Shown here: piece by piece, positions 63,651 to 64,000 of the stretch
How positions within the stretch are numbered: position 1 is the first letter of the stretch
How the letters are laid out: each line of letters starts with the position of its first letter
Virus record (IMG/VR): IMGVR_UViG_3300036851_000411
Location: 1-64,000 of that record
Length of the DNA stretch: 64,000 bases
Reading direction: 5' to 3' (one strand)
Origin: a virus
The notes under the pieces: generated by a model
What the model was told of the DNA's origin: nothing
Database searches by the model: none
The model's input: the letters and a program-made list of their open reading frames with translations, nothing else
Position numbers and translations under genes: made by a program

Positions 63651-64000
63651 CGGTGCTCCGTGTCGTCACCATGAGCGCCGAACGGGTGGCGGAGTACCGG
63701 CCAGCGCCGGGCGACATCTGCATCTCGATCACGAGCGACGCCAACCGGCCGGCGCAGTTGGCTTACGGATTCGCCGACGTGCTCCGACTCACGTTCATCG
63801 ATGACCCGTTCCCGAATCCGAATCGGCCGCCGCAAGGCATCCAGCCGGTGCACGCCGATGGGATTGCGGCGCTCATTGCGAAACACATCGATCAGCCAGT
63901 GACGTGTGTCGTGCACTGCATGGTCGGCACGTCGCGCTCTCCGGCGATCGCGCTCGCGCTTGAAGACGCGGGGCTCGTTCGGTACGAGCGACCATGGTGG
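63647..64000 (+). CDS. Protein-tyrosine/dual-specificity phosphatase-like protein (truncated by the window edge)
   Basis: CISIT...VVHCMVGTSRS (HCx5R). Confidence 0.8.
   Translation, partial: MTVLRVVTMSAERVAEYRPAPGDICISITSDANRPAQLAYGFADVLRLTFIDDPFPNPNRPPQGIQPVHADGIAALIAKHIDQPVTCVVHCMVGTSRSPAIALALEDAGLVRYERPWW

Larger units (their letters stand above)
184..64000. mobile_element. Temperate prophage (siphovirus-like), right end beyond the window
   Basis: Terminase, portal, capsid, tail tube, tape measure, Dit, lysis, repressor and recombinase modules next to a tRNA; no tail sheath recognised. Confidence 0.93.

Noticed and set aside
184-64000. Integrase or attR direct repeat
   Set aside because: No tyrosine or serine recombinase motifs and no second copy of the tRNA-Pro 3' end found; presumably beyond the window.

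Overview
Most of a GC-rich, siphovirus-like temperate prophage that begins just downstream of a host tRNA-Pro(GGG) at 110-183. The integrase and the other att site are not in the window. Gene order: (i) 0.3-15.2 kb, early/replication operon with ASCH, NADAR, four DNA methyltransferases (one frameshifted in a G8 run), DUF5131, a DUF1376-like initiator and VRR-NUC; (ii) 15.2-20.8 kb, a divergently transcribed island with RadC/JAB, a Mom-like DNA-modification enzyme and three near-identical promoters; (iii) 20.8-21.7 kb, a non-coding hub with a Ser-type tRNA body carrying an Asp-reading AUC anticodon, a near-consensus parS, a DnaA box and short repeats; (iv) 21.7-53 kb, packaging, head and tail genes, including a sigma factor, an Acb1-like/ART-like/MuF/ParB-like/XkdF fusion protein and a HicAB-like moron; (v) 53-58.6 kb, lysis genes and secreted cargo; (vi) 59.8-64 kb, immunity switch, Rad52/Sak recombinase and an excisionase-like HTH. 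Two DNA-level patterns span the window: about 69 exact copies of the asymmetric heptamer CGTTAGG/CCTAACG (manual count), and a 17-bp palindromic operator at 7 sites, mostly inside sigma70-type promoters. All family calls come from motif recognition by eye; no database searches were run.
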